From Eledone cirrhosa (taxonomy: Eukaryota): a stretch of DNA of 64,000 nucleotides. The stretch spans positions 415,648,001 through 415,712,000 of the forward strand of contig OZ024741.1 of NCBI GenBank assembly GCA_964016885.1. Reading direction: 5' to 3'. Under the pieces are notes generated by a model. The model made no database searches and had not been told where the DNA came from. It saw only the letters and a program-made list of their open reading frames with translations. Each line of letters begins with the position of its first letter. Position 1 is the stretch's first letter. The position numbers and the translations under genes were made by a program. This document shows positions 41,201 to 54,900 of the stretch, in pieces.

Positions 41201-44200
41201 TGGGGTCTCTGTTATATTAACTGGGGCCTCTGTTATATTAACTGGGGGCTCTGTTATATTAACTGGGGCCTCTGTTATATTAACTGGGCTCTCTGTTTTA
41301 TTAACTGGGGTCTCTGTTATATTAACTGAGGTCTCTGTTATATTAACTGGGGTCTCTGTTATATTAACTGAGGTCTCTGTTATATTAACTGGGGTCTCTA
41401 TTATATTAACTGGGATCTCTTTTATATTCACTGGGGTCTCTGTTATATTAACTGGGGTATGTTATATTAACTGCGGTCTCTGTTATATTAACTGGGTTCT
41501 CTGTTATATTAACTGGGGTATGTTATATTAACTGGGGTCTCTGTTATATTAACTGGGGCCTCTGTTATATTAACTGGGGCCTCTGTTATATTAACTGGGG
41601 CCTCTGTTATGTTAAATGTGGTCTCTGTTATATTAGCTGGGGCCTCTGTTATATTAACTGGGGTCTCTGTTACATTAAATGGGGTCTCTGTATATTAACT
41701 GGGGCCTCTGTAATATTAACTGGGGTCTGTTATATTAACTGGGGTCTCTGTTATATTAACTGGGGTCTCTGTTATATTAACTGGGGTCTCTATTATATTA
41801 ACTAGGGTCTCTGTTATATTAACTGGGGCCTCTGTAATATTAACTGGGGTATGTTATATTAACTGGGGTCTCTGTTATATTAACTGAGGTCTCTGTTATA
41901 CTAACTGGGGTCTCTGTTATATTAACTGGGGTCTCTGTTATATTAACTGGGGTCTCGGTTATATTAACTGGGGCCTCTATTATATTAACTTAGGTCTCTG
42001 TTATATTAACTGGGGTCTCTGTTATATTAACTGGGCTCTCTGTTATATTAACTGGGGTCTCTGTTATATTAACTGGGGTATGTTATATTAACTGGGGTCT
42101 CTGTTATATTGAGTGGGGTACGTTATATTAACTGGGGTCTCTGTAATATTAACTGGGGTCTCTATTATATTAACTGGTGTCTCTGTTATATTAACTGGGA
42201 TCTCTGTTATATTAACTGGGGTATGTTATATTAACTGGGGTCTCTGTTATATTAACTGGGGCCTCTGTTATATTAACTGGGGCCTCTGTTATATTAACTG
42301 GGGCCTCTGTTATATTAAATGGGGTCTCTGATATATCAACTGGGGTCTCTGTTATATTAACTGGGGCCTCTGTTATATTAACTGGGGCCTCTGTTATATT
42401 AACTGGGGCCTCTGTTATATTAAATGGGGTCTCTGTTATATTAACTGGCGCCTCTGTTATATTAACTGGTGCCTCTGTTATATTAAGTGGGGAGTCTGTT
42501 ATATTAACTGGGGTCTCTGTTATATTAACTGGGGTCTCTGTTATATTAACTGGGGTATGTTATATTAACTGGGGTCTCTGTAATATTAACTGGGGTCTCT
42601 ATTATATTAACTGGGGTCTCTGTTATATTAACTGGGGCCTCTGTTATATTAACTGGGGTCTCTGTTATATTAACTAGGGTCTCTGTTATATTAAATAGGG
42701 TCTCTGTTATATTAACTGGGGTCTCTGTTATATTAACTGGTGCCTCTGTTATATTAACTGGGGTCTCTGTTATATTAACTGGGGCCTCTGTTATATTAAC
42801 TGGGGCCTCTGTTATATTAACTGGGGTCTCTGTTATATTAACTGGGGTCTCTGTTATATTAACTGGGGTATGTTATATTAACTGGGGTTTCTGTTATATT
42901 AACTGGGGCCTCTGTTATATTAACTGGGGCCTCTGTTATATTAACTGGGGCCTCTGTTATATTAAATGGAGTCTCTGATATATTAACTGGGGTTTCTGTT
43001 ATATTAACTGGGGCCTCTGTTATATTAACTGGGGCCTCTGTTATATTAACTGGGGCCTCTGTTATATTAAATGGGGTCTCTGTTATATTAACTGGCGCCT
43101 CTGTTATATTAACTGGGGCCTCTGTTATATTAACTGGGGCCTCTGTTGTATTAACTGGGGTCTCTGTTATATTAACTAGGGTCTCTGTTATATTAAATAG
43201 GGTCTCTGTTATATTAACTGGGGTCTCTGTTATATTAACTGGTGCCTCTGTTATATTAACTGGGGTCTCTGTTATATTAACTTAGGGCCTCTGTTATATT
43301 AACTGGGGCCTCTGTTATATTAACTGGGGTCTCTTATATATTAACTGGGGTCTCTGTTATATTAACCGGGGTATGTTATATTAACTGGGGTCTCTGTAAT
43401 ATTAACTGGGGTCTCTATTATATTAACTGGGGTCTCTATTATATTAACTGGGTCTCTGTTATATTAACTGAGGTCTCTGTTATATTAACTGGGGTCTCTG
43501 TTATATTAACTGGGGTCTCTGTTATATTAACTGGGGTCTTGGTTATATTAACTGGGGCCTCTATTATATTAACTTAGGTCTCTGTTATATTAACTGGGGT
43601 CTCTGTTATATTAACTGGGGTCTCTGTTATATTAACTGGGGTCTCTGTTATATTAACTGGGGTATGTTATATTAACTGGGGTGTCTGTTATATTAACTGG
43701 GGTACGTTATATTAACTGGGATCTCTGTAATATTAACTGTGGTCTCTATTATATTAACTGGGGTCTCTGTTATATTAACTGGGATCTCTGTTATATTAAC
43801 TGGGGTATGTTATATAAACTGGGGTCTCTGTTATATTAACTGGGGTCTCTGTTATATTAACTGGGGTCTCTGTTATATTAACTGAGGCCTCTGTTATATT
43901 AACTGGGGTCTCTGTTATATTAACTGGGGTCTCTGTTATATTAACTGGGGTCTCTGTTATATTAACTGTGGCCTCTGTTATATTAACTGGGGCCTCTATT
44001 ATATTAACTGGGGTCTCTGTTATATTAACTGGGGTCTCTGTTACATTAAATGGGGTCTCTGTTATATTAACTGGGGCCTCTGTTATATTAACTGGGGGCT
44101 CTGTTATATTAACTGGGGCCTCTGTTATATTAACTGGGCTCTCTGTTTTATTAACTGGGGTCTCTGTTATATTAACTGAGGTCTCTGTTATATTAACTGG

Positions 44201-47200
44201 GGTCTCTGTTATATTAACTGAGGTCTCTGTTATATTAACTGGGGTCTCTATTATATTAACTGGGATCTCTTTTATATTCACTGGGGTCTCTGTTATATTA
44301 ACTGGGGTATGTTATATTAACTGCGGTCTCTGTTATATTAACTGGGTTCTCTGTTATATTAACTGGGGTATGTTATATTAACTGGGGTCTCTGTTATATT
44401 AACTGGGGCCTCTGTTATATTAACTGGGGCCTCTGTTATATTAACTGGGGCCTCTGTTATGTTAAATGTGGTCTCTGTTATATTAGCTGGGGCCTCTGTT
44501 ATATTAACTGGGGTCTCTGTTACATTAAATGGGGTCTCTGTATATTAACTGGGGCCTCTGTAATATTAACTGGGGTCTGTTATATTAACTGGGGTCTCTG
44601 TTATATTAACTGGGGTCTCTGTTATATTAACTGGGGTCTCTATTATATTAACTAGGGTCTCTGTTATATTAACTGGGGCCTCTGTAATATTAACTGGGGT
44701 ATGTTATATTAACTGGGGTCTCTGTTATATTAACTGAGGTCTCTGTTATACTAACTGGGGTCTCTGTTATATTAACTGGGGTCTCTGTTATATTAACTGG
44801 GGTCTCGGTTATATTAACTGGGGCCTCTATTATATTAACTTAGGTCTCTGTTATATTAACTGGGGTCTCTGTTATATTAACTGGGCTCTCTGTTATATTA
44901 ACTGGGGTCTCTGTTATATTAACTGGGGTATGTTATATTAACTGGGGTCTCTGTTATATTGAGTGGGGTACGTTATATTAACTGGGGTCTCTGTAATATT
45001 AACTGGGGTCTCTATTATATTAACTGGTGTCTCTGTTATATTAACTGGGATCTCTGTTATATTAACTGGGGTATGTTATATTAACTGGGGTCTCTGTTAT
45101 ATTAACTGGGGCCTCTGTTATATTAACTGGGGCCTCTGTTATATTAACTGGGGCCTCTGTTATATTAAATGGGGTCTCTGATATATCAACTGGGGTCTCT
45201 GTTATATTAACTGGGGCCTCTGTTATATTAACTGGGGCCTCTGTTATATTAACTGGGGCCTCTGTTATATTAAATGGGGTCTCTGTTATATTAACTGGCG
45301 CCTCTGTTATATTAACTGGTGCCTCTGTTATATTAACTGGGGAGTCTGTTATATTAACTGGGGTCTCTGTTATATTAACTGGGGTCTCTGTTATATTAAC
45401 TGGGGTATGTTATATTAACTGGGGTCTCTGTAATATTAACTGGGGTCTCTATTATATTAACTGGGGTCTCTGTTATATTAACTGGGGCCTCTGTTATATT
45501 AACTGGGGTCTCTGTTATATTAACTAGGGTCTCTGTTATATTAAATAGGGTCTCTGTTATATTAACTGGGGTCTCTGTTATATTAACTGGTGCCTCTGTT
45601 ATATTAACTGGGGTCTCTGTTATATTAACTGGGGCCTCTGTTATATTAACTGGGGCCTCTGTTATATTAACTGGGGTCTCTGTTATATTAACTGGGGTCT
45701 CTGTTATATTAACTGGGGTATGTTATATTAACTGGGGTTTCTGTTATATTAACTGGGGCCTCTGTTATATTAACTGGGGCCTCTGTTATATTAACTGGGG
45801 CCTCTGTTATATTAAATGGAGTCTCTGATATATTAACTGGGGTTTCTGTTATATTAACTGGGGCCTCTGTTATATTAACTGGGGCCTCTGTTATATTAAC
45901 TGGGGCCTCTGTTATATTAAATGGGGTCTCTGTTATATTAACTGGCGCCTCTGTTATATTAACTGGGGCCTCTGTTATATTAACTGGGGCCTCTGTTGTA
46001 TTAACTGGGGTCTCTGTTATATTAACTAGGGTCTCTGTTATATTAAATAGGGTCTCTGTTATATTAACTGGGGTCTCTGTTATATTAACTGGTGCCTCTG
46101 TTATATTAACTGGGGTCTCTGTTATATTAACTTAGGGCCTCTGTTATATTAACTGGGGCCTCTGTTATATTAACTGGGGTCTCTTATATATTAACTGGGG
46201 TCTCTGTTATATTAACCGGGGTATGTTATATTAACTGGGGTCTCTGTAATATTAACTGGGGTCTCTATTATATTAACTGGGGTCTCTATTATATTAACTG
46301 GGGCCTCTGTTATATTAACTGGGGCCTCTGTTATATTAACTGGGGTCTCTGTTATATTAACTGGGGTCTCTGTTATATTAACTGGTGCCTCTGTTATATT
46401 AACTGGGGTCTCTGTTATATTAACTGTTGCCTCTGTTATATTAACTGGGGCCTCTGTTATAATAACTGGGGTCTCTGTTATATTAACTGGGGTCCCTGTT
46501 ATATTAACTGGGGTATGTTATATTAACTGGGGTCTCTGTAATATTAACTGGGGTCTCTATTTTATTAACTGGGGTCTCTGTTATATTAACTGGGGCCTCT
46601 GTTATGTTAACTGGGGTCTCTGTTATATTAACTGGCGCCTCTGTTATATTAACTGGGGCCTCTGTTATATTAACTGGGGCCTCCGTTATCTTAACTGGGG
46701 TCTCTGTTATATTAACTGGGGTCTCTGTTATCTTAAATGGGGTTTCTGTTATATTAACTGGGGTCTCTGTTATATTAACTGGGGTCTCTGTTATAATAAC
46801 TGGGGCCTCTGTTATATTAACTGGGGTCTCTATTATATTAACTGGGGTCTCTGTTATATTAACTGGGGCCTCTGTTATATTAACTGGGGTCTCTATTATA
46901 TTAACTGGGGTCTCTGTTATATTAACTGGGGTCTCTGTTACATTAAATGGGGTCTCTGTTATATTAACTGGGGCCTCTGTTATATTAACTGGGGTCTCTG
47001 TTATATTAACTGGGGCCTCTGTTATATTAACTGGGCTCTCTGTTTTATTAACTGGGGTCTCTGTTATATTAACTGAGGTCTCTGTTATATTAACTGGGGT
47101 CTCTGTTATATTAACTGAGGTCTCTGTTATATTAACTGGGGTCTCTGTTATATTAACTGGGTTCTCTGTTATATTAACTGGGGTATGTTATATTAACTGG

Positions 47201-49075
47201 GGTCTCTGTTATATTAACTGGGGTCTCTGTTATATTAACTGGGGTATGTTATATTAACTGGGGTCTCTGTAATATTAACTGGGGCCTCTGTTATATTAAC
47301 TGGGGCCTCTGTTATATTAAATGGGGTCTCTGTTATATTAGCTGGGGCCTCTGTTATATTAACTGGGGTCTCTGTTACATTAAATGGGTTCTCTGTATAT
47401 TAACTGGGGCCTCTGTAATATTAACTGGGGTCTGTTATATTAACTGGGGTCTCTGTTATATTAACTGGGGTCTCTGTTATATTAACTGGGGTCTCTATTA
47501 TATTAACTAGGGTCTCTGATATATTAACTGGGGCATCTGTAATATTAACTGGGGTATGTTATATTAACTGGGTCTCTGTTATATTAACTGAGGTCTCTGT
47601 TATATTAACTGGGGTCTCTGTTATATTAACTGGGGTCTCTGTTATATTAACTGGGGTCTTGGTTATATTAACTGGGGCCTCTATTATATTAACTTAGGTC
47701 TCTGTTATATTAACTGGGGTCTCTGTTATATTAACTGGGGTCTCTGTTATATTAACTGGGGTCTCTGTTATATTAACTGGGGTATGTTATATTAACTGGG
47801 GTGTCTGTTATATTAACTGGGGTACGTTATATTAACTGGGATCTCTGTAATATTAACTGGGGTCTCTATTATATTAACTGGGGTCTCTGTTATATTAACT
47901 GGGATCTCTGTTATATTAACTGGGGTATGTTATATAAACTGGGGTCTCTGTTATATTAACTGGGGTCTCTGTTATATTAACTGGGGTCTCTGTTATATTA
48001 ACTGGGGCCTCTGTTATATTAACTGGGGTCTCTGTTATATTAACTGGGGTCTCTGTTATATTAACTGGGGTCTCTGTTATATTAACTGTGGCCTCTGTTA
48101 TATTAACTGGGGCCTCTATTATATTAACTGGGGTCTCTGTTATATTAACTGGGGTCTCTGTTACATTAAATGGGGTCTCTGTTATATTAACTGGGGCCTC
48201 TGTTATATTAACTGGGGGCTCTGTTATATTAACTGGGGCCTCTGTTATATTAACTGGGCTCTCTGTTTTATTAACTGGGGTCTCTGTTATATTAACTGAG
48301 GTCTCTGTTATATTAACTGGGGTCTCTGTTATATTAACTGAGGTCTCTGTTATATTAACTGGGGTCTCTATTATATTAACTGGGATCTCTTTTATATTCA
48401 CTGGGGTCTCTGTTATATTAACTGGGGTATGTTATATTAACTGCGGTCTCTGTTATATTAACTGGGTTCTCTGTTATATTAACTGGGGTATGTTATATTA
48501 ACTGGGGTCTCTGTTATATTAACTGGGGCCTCTGTTATATTAACTGGGGCCTCTGTTATATTAACTGGGGCCTCTGTTATGTTAAATGTGGTCTCTGTTA
48601 TATTAGCTGGGGCCTCTGTTATATTAACTGGGGTCTCTGTTACATTAAATGGGGTCTCTGTATATTAACTGGGGCCTCTGTAATATTAACTGGGGTCTGT
48701 TATATTAACTGGGGTCTCTGTTATATTAACTGGGGTCTCTGTTATATTAACTGGGGTCTCTATTATATTAACTAGGGTCTCTGTTATATTAACTGGGGCC
48801 TCTGTAATATTAACTGGGGTATGTTATATTAACTGGGGTCTCTGTTATATTAACTGAGGTCTCTGTTATACTAACTGGGGTCTCTGTTATATTAACTGGG
48901 GTCTCTGTTATATTAACTGGGGTCTCGGTTATATTAACTGGGGCCTCTATTATATTAACTTAGGTCTCTGTTATATTAACTGGGGTCTCTGTTATATTAA
49001 CTGGGCTCTCTGTTATATTAACTGGGGTCTCTGTTATATTAACTGGGGTATGTTATATTAACTGGGGTCTCTGTT
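35270..49075 (+). repeat. HOR domain D: long unit (~4.1 kb), two 2,850-bp short units, then a long unit (~4.12 kb)
   Basis: ORF triplets 39263/42113/44963 and 38581/41431/44281 are exactly 2850 apart. 36805/46604 and 35382/45181 are offset by 9799 = 4099 + 2x2850. Lines 39001 and 44701 are identical. Confidence 0.92.
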
Positions 49076-49699
49076 ATATTAACTAGGGCCTCTGTTATAT
49101 TAACTGGGGCCTCTGTTATATTAGCTGGGGCCTCTGTTATATTAAATGGGGTCTCCGTTATATTAACTGGGGTCTCTGTTATATTAACTGGGGTCTCTGT
49201 TATATTAACTGGGGCCTCTGTTATATTAACTGGGGCCTCTGTTATATTAACTGGGGCCTCTGTTATATTAAATGGGGTCTCTGTTATATTAACTGGCGCC
49301 TCTGTTATATTAACTGGGGCCTCTGTTATATTAACTGGGGTATGTTATATTAACTGGGGTCTCTGTAATATTAACTTGGGTCTCTATTATATTAACTGGG
49401 GTCTCTGTTATATTAACTGGGGTCTCTGTTATATTAACTGGGGTCTCTGTAATATTAACTGGGGTCTCTATTATATTAACTGGGGTCTCTGTTATATTAA
49501 CTGGAATCTCTGTTATATTAACTGGGGTCTCTGTTATATTAACTGGGGCCTCTGTTATATTAACTGGGGCCTCTGTTATATTAACTGGGGCCTCCGTTAT
49601 ATATACTGGGGTCTCTGTTATATTAACTGGGGTCTCTGTTATATTAACTGGTGCCTCTGTTATATTAACTGGGGTCTCTGTTATATTAACTGGGGCCTC

Positions 49700-51990
49700 T
49701 GTTATATTAACTGGGGTCTCTGTTATATTAACTGGGGTCTCTGTTATATTAACTGGGGTCTCTGTTACATTAAATGGGGTCTCTGTTATATTAACTGGGG
49801 CCTCTGTTATATTAACTGGGGCCTCTGTTATATTAACTGGGGCCTCTGTTATATTAACTGGGGCCTCTGTTATATTAACTGGGGTCTCTGTTATATTAAC
49901 TTGGGTCTCTGTTATATTAACTGGGGCCTCTGTTATATTAGCTGGGGCCTCTGTTATATTAACTGGGGTCTCTGTTACATTAAATGGGGTCTCTGTTATA
50001 TTAAATGGGGCCTCTGTTATATTAACTGGGGCCTCTGTTATATTAACTGGGGCCTCTGTTATATTAACTGGGGTCTCTGTTATATTAACTGGGGTATGTT
50101 ATATTAACTGGGGCCTCTGTTATATTAACTGGGGCCTCTATTATAGTAACTGGGGTCTCTGTTATTTTAACTGGGGTCTCTGTTATATTAACTGGGGTCT
50201 CCTTCATATTAACTGGGGTCTCTGCTATATTAACAGGGGTCTCTGTTATATTAACTGGGGTCTCTGTTATATTAACTGGGGTCTCTATTATATTATATGG
50301 CGTCTATGTTATTTTAACTGGGGCCTCTGTTATATTAACTGGGGTCTCTGTTATTTTAACTGGGGTATGTTATATTAACTGTGGCCTCTGTTATATTAAC
50401 TGGGGCCTCTATTATATTAACTGGGGTCTCTGTTATATTAACTGGGGTCTCTGTTATATTAACTGGGGCCTCTGTTATATTAACTGAGGTCTCTGTTATA
50501 TTAACTGGGGTCTCTGTTATATTAACTGGGGTCTCTGTTATATTAACTGGGGTCTCTGTTATATTAACTGGAATCTCTGTTATATTAACTGGGGTCTCTG
50601 TTATATTAACTGGGGCCTCTGTTATATTAACTGGGGCCTCTGTTATATTAACTGGGGCCTCTGTTATATTAACTTGGGTCTCTGTTATATTAACTGGTGC
50701 CTCTGTTATATTAACTGGGGTCTCTGTTATATTAACTGGGGTCTCTGTTATATTAACTGGGGTCTCTATTATATTAAATGGCGTCTATGTTATTTTAACT
50801 GGGGCCTCTGTTATATTAACTGGGGTCTCTGTTATATTAACTGGGGTATGTTATATTAACTGTGGCCTCTGTTATATTAACTGGGGCCTCTATTATATTA
50901 ACTGTGGTCTCTGTTATATTAACTGTGGTCTCTGTTATATTAACTGGGGCCTCTGTTATATTAACTGGGGTCTCTGTTATATTAACTGGGGTCTCTGTTA
51001 TATTAACTGGGGTCTCTGTTACATTAAATGGGGTCTCTGTTATATTAACTGGGGCCTCTGTTATATTAACTGGGGCCTCTGTTATATTAACTGGGGCCTC
51101 TGTTATATTTACTGGGGCCTCTGTTATATTAACTGGGGTCTCTGTTATATTAACTTGGGTCTCTGTTATATTAACTGGGGCCTCTGTTATATTAGCTGGG
51201 GCCTCTGTTATATTAACTGGGGTCTCTGTTACATTAAATGGGGTCTCTGTTATATTAAATGGGGCCTCTGTTATATTAACTGGGGCCTCTGTTATATTAA
51301 CTGGGGTCTCTGTTATATTAACTGGGGTATGTTATATTAACTGGGGCCTCTGTTATATTAACTGGGGCCTCTATTATAGTAACTGGGGTCTCTGTTATTT
51401 TAACTGGGGTCTCTGTTATATTAACTGGGGTCTCCTTCATATTAACTGGGGTCTCTGTTATATTAACAGGGGTCTCTGTTATATTAACTGGGGTCTCTGT
51501 TATATTAACTGGGGTCTCTATTATATTATATGGCGTCTATGTTATTTTAACTGGGGCCTCTGTTATATTAACTGGGGTCTCTGTTATTTTAACTGGGGTA
51601 TGTTATATTAACTGTGGCCTCTGTTATATTAACTGGGGCCTCTATTATATTAACTGGGGTCTCTGTTATATTAACTGGGGTCTCTGTTATATTAACTGGG
51701 GCCTCTGTTATATTAACTGAGGTCTCTGTTATATTAACTGGGGTCTCTGTTATATTAACTGGGGTCTCTGTTATATTAACTGGGGTCTCTGTTATATTAA
51801 CTGGAATCTCTGTTATATTAACTGGGGTCTCTGTTATATTAACTGGGGCCTCTGTTATATTAACTGGGGCCTCTGTTATATTAACTGGGGCCTCTGTTAT
51901 ATTAACTGGGGTCTCTGTTATATTAACTGGTGCCTCTGTTATATTAACTGGGGTCTCTGTTATATTAACTGGGGTCTCTGTTATATTAAC
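49700..51990 (+). repeat. 1,233-bp tandem duplication
   Basis: ORF coordinates 50107/51340 and 50381/51614 are offset by 1233 (= 56x21 + 3x19). The marker 'tattatatggcgtct' is at ~50291 and ~51524. Confidence 0.82.
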
Positions 51991-51999
51991 TGGGGTCTC

Positions 52000-54900
52000 T
52001 GTTATATTAACTGGGGTATGTTATATTAACTGTGGCCTCTGTTATATTAACTGGGGCCTCTATTATATTAACTGTGGTCTCTGTTATATTAACTGGGGTC
52101 TCTGTTATATTAACTGGGGCCTCTGTTATATTAACTGGGGTCTCTGTTATATTAACTGGGGTCTCTGTTATATTAACTGGGGTCTCTGTTATATTAACTG
52201 GGGTATGTTATATTAACTGGGGCCTCTGTTATATTAACTGGGGCCTCTATTATATTAACTGGGGTCTCTGTTATATTAACTGGGGTCTCTGTTATATTAA
52301 CTGGGGTCTCTGTTATATTAACTGGGGTCTCTGTTATATTAACTGGAGTCTCTGTTATATTAACAGGGGTATGTTATAGTAACTGGGGTCTCTGTTATAT
52401 TAACTGGGGCCTCTGTTATATTAACTGGGGCCTCTGTTATATTAACTGGGGCCTCTGTTATATTAAATGGGGTCTCTGATATATTAACTGGGGTCTCTGT
52501 TATATTAACTGGGGCCTCTGTTATATTAACTGGGGCCTCTGTTATATTAACTGGGGCCTCTGTTATATTAAATGGGGTCTCTGTTATATCAACTGGCGCC
52601 TCTGTTATATTAACTGGTGCCTCTGTTATATTAACTGGGGCCTCTGTTATATTAACTGGGGTCTCTGTTATATTAACTAGGGTCTCTGTTATATTAAATG
52701 GGGTCTGTGTTATATTAACTGGGGTCTCTGTTATATTAACTGGTGCCTCTGTTATATTAACTGGGGTCTCTGTTATATTAACTGGGGCCTCTGTTATATT
52801 AACTGGGGCCTCTGTTATATTAACTGGGGTCTCTGTTATATTAACTGGGGTCTCTGTTATATTAACTGGGGTATGTTATATTAACTGGGGTCTCTGTAAT
52901 ATTAACTGGGGTCTCTATTATATTAACTGGGGTCTCTGTTATATTAACTGGGGCCTCTGTTATATTAACTGGGGTCTCTGTTATATTAACTAGGGTCTCT
53001 GTTATATTAAATAGGGTCTCTGTTATATTAACTGGGGTCTCTGTTATATTAACTGGTGCCTCTGTTATATTAACTGGGGTCTCTGTTATATTAACTGGGG
53101 CCTCTGTTATATTAACTGTGACCTCTGTTATATTAACTGGGGTCTCTGTTATATTAACTGGGGTCTCTGTTATATTAACTGGGGTATGTTATATTAACTG
53201 GGGTCTCTGTTATATTAACTGGGGCCTCTGTTATATTAACTGGGGCCTCTGTTATATTAACTGGGGCCTCTGTTATATTAAATGGGGTCTCTGATATATT
53301 AACTGGGGTCTCTGTTATATTAACTGGGGCCTCTGTTATATTAACTGGGGCCTCTGTTATATTAACTGGGGCCTCTGTTATATTAAATGGGGTCTCTGTT
53401 ATATTAACTGGCGCCTCTGTTATATTAACTGGGGCCTCTGTTATATTAACTGGGGCCTCTGTTATATTAACTGGGGTCTCTGTTATATTAACTAGGGTCT
53501 CTGTTATATTAAATGGGGTCTCTGTTATATTAACTGGGGCCTCTGTTATATTAACTGGGGTCTCTTATATATTAACTGGGGTCTCTGTTATATTAACTGG
53601 GGTATGTTATATTAACTGGGGTGTCTGTAATATTAACTGGGGTCTCTATTATATTAACTGGGGTCTCTGTTATATTAACTGGGGCCTCTGTTATATTAAC
53701 TGGGGTCTCTGTTATATTAACTGGGGCCTCTGTTATATTAACTGGGGCCTCTGTTATATTAACTGGAGCCTCCGTTATATTAACTGGGGTCTCTGTTATA
53801 TTAACTGGGGTCTCTGTTATCTTAAATGGGGTTTCTGTTATATTAACTGGGGTCTCTGTTATATTAACTGGTGCCTCTGTTATATTAACTGGGGCCTCTG
53901 TTATATTAACTGGGGCCTCTGTTATATTAACTGGGGCCTCTGTTATATTAACTGGGGCCTCTGTTATATTAACTGGGGTCTCTGTTATATTAACTTGGGT
54001 CTCTGTTATATTAACTGGGGCCTCTGTTATATTAGCTGGGGCCTCTGTTATATTAACTGGGGTCTCTGTTACATTAAATGGGGTCTCTGTTATATTAAAT
54101 GGGGCCTCTGTTATATTAACTGGGGCCTCTGTTATATTAACTGGGGTCTCTGTTATATTAACTGGGGTATGTTATATTAACTGGGGCCTCTGTTATATTA
54201 ACTGGGGCCTCTATTATAGTAACTGGGGTCTCTGTTATTTTAACTGGGGTCTCTGTTATATTAACTGGGGTCTCCTTCATATTAACTGGGGTCTCTGTTA
54301 TATTAACAGGGGTCTCTGTTATATTAACTGGGGTCTCTGTTATATTAACTGGGGTCTCTATTATATTATATGGCGTCTATGTTATTTTAACTGGGGCCTC
54401 TGTTATATTAACTGGGGTCTCTGTTATATTAACTGGGGTCTCTGTTATATTAACTGGGGCCTCTGTTATATTAACTGGGGCCTCTGTTATATTAACTGGG
54501 GCCTCTGTTATATTAACTGGGGTCTCTGTTATATTAACTGGTGCCTCTGTTATATTAACTGGGGTCTCTGTTATATTAACTGGGGTCTCTGTTATATTAA
54601 CTGGGGTCTCTATTATATTAAATGGCGTCTATGTTATTTTAACTGGGGCCTCTGTTATATTAACTGGGGTCTCTGTTATATTAACTGGGGTATGTTATAT
54701 TAACTGTGGCCTCTGTTATATTAACTGGGGCCTCTATTATATTAACTGTGGTCTCTGTTATATTAACTGGGGTCTCTGTTATATTAACTGGGGCCTCTGT
54801 TATATTAACTGGGGTCTCTGTTATATTAACTGGGGTCTCTGTAATATTAACTGGGGTCTCTGTTATATTAACTGGGGTATGTTATATTAACTGGGGTCTC

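Noticed and set aside
1134-48401. Minus-strand (NITETPV)n ORFs resembling mucin-like, N-glycosylation-sequon-rich repeats
   Set aside because: The frame is broken every few hundred bp by 19/20-bp monomers that lead immediately to a stop (YPS*/DPS*). There is no signal peptide or non-repeat flank, and the commonest polymorphism is non-synonymous (T/A). Only transcript or ribosome data could rescue this.
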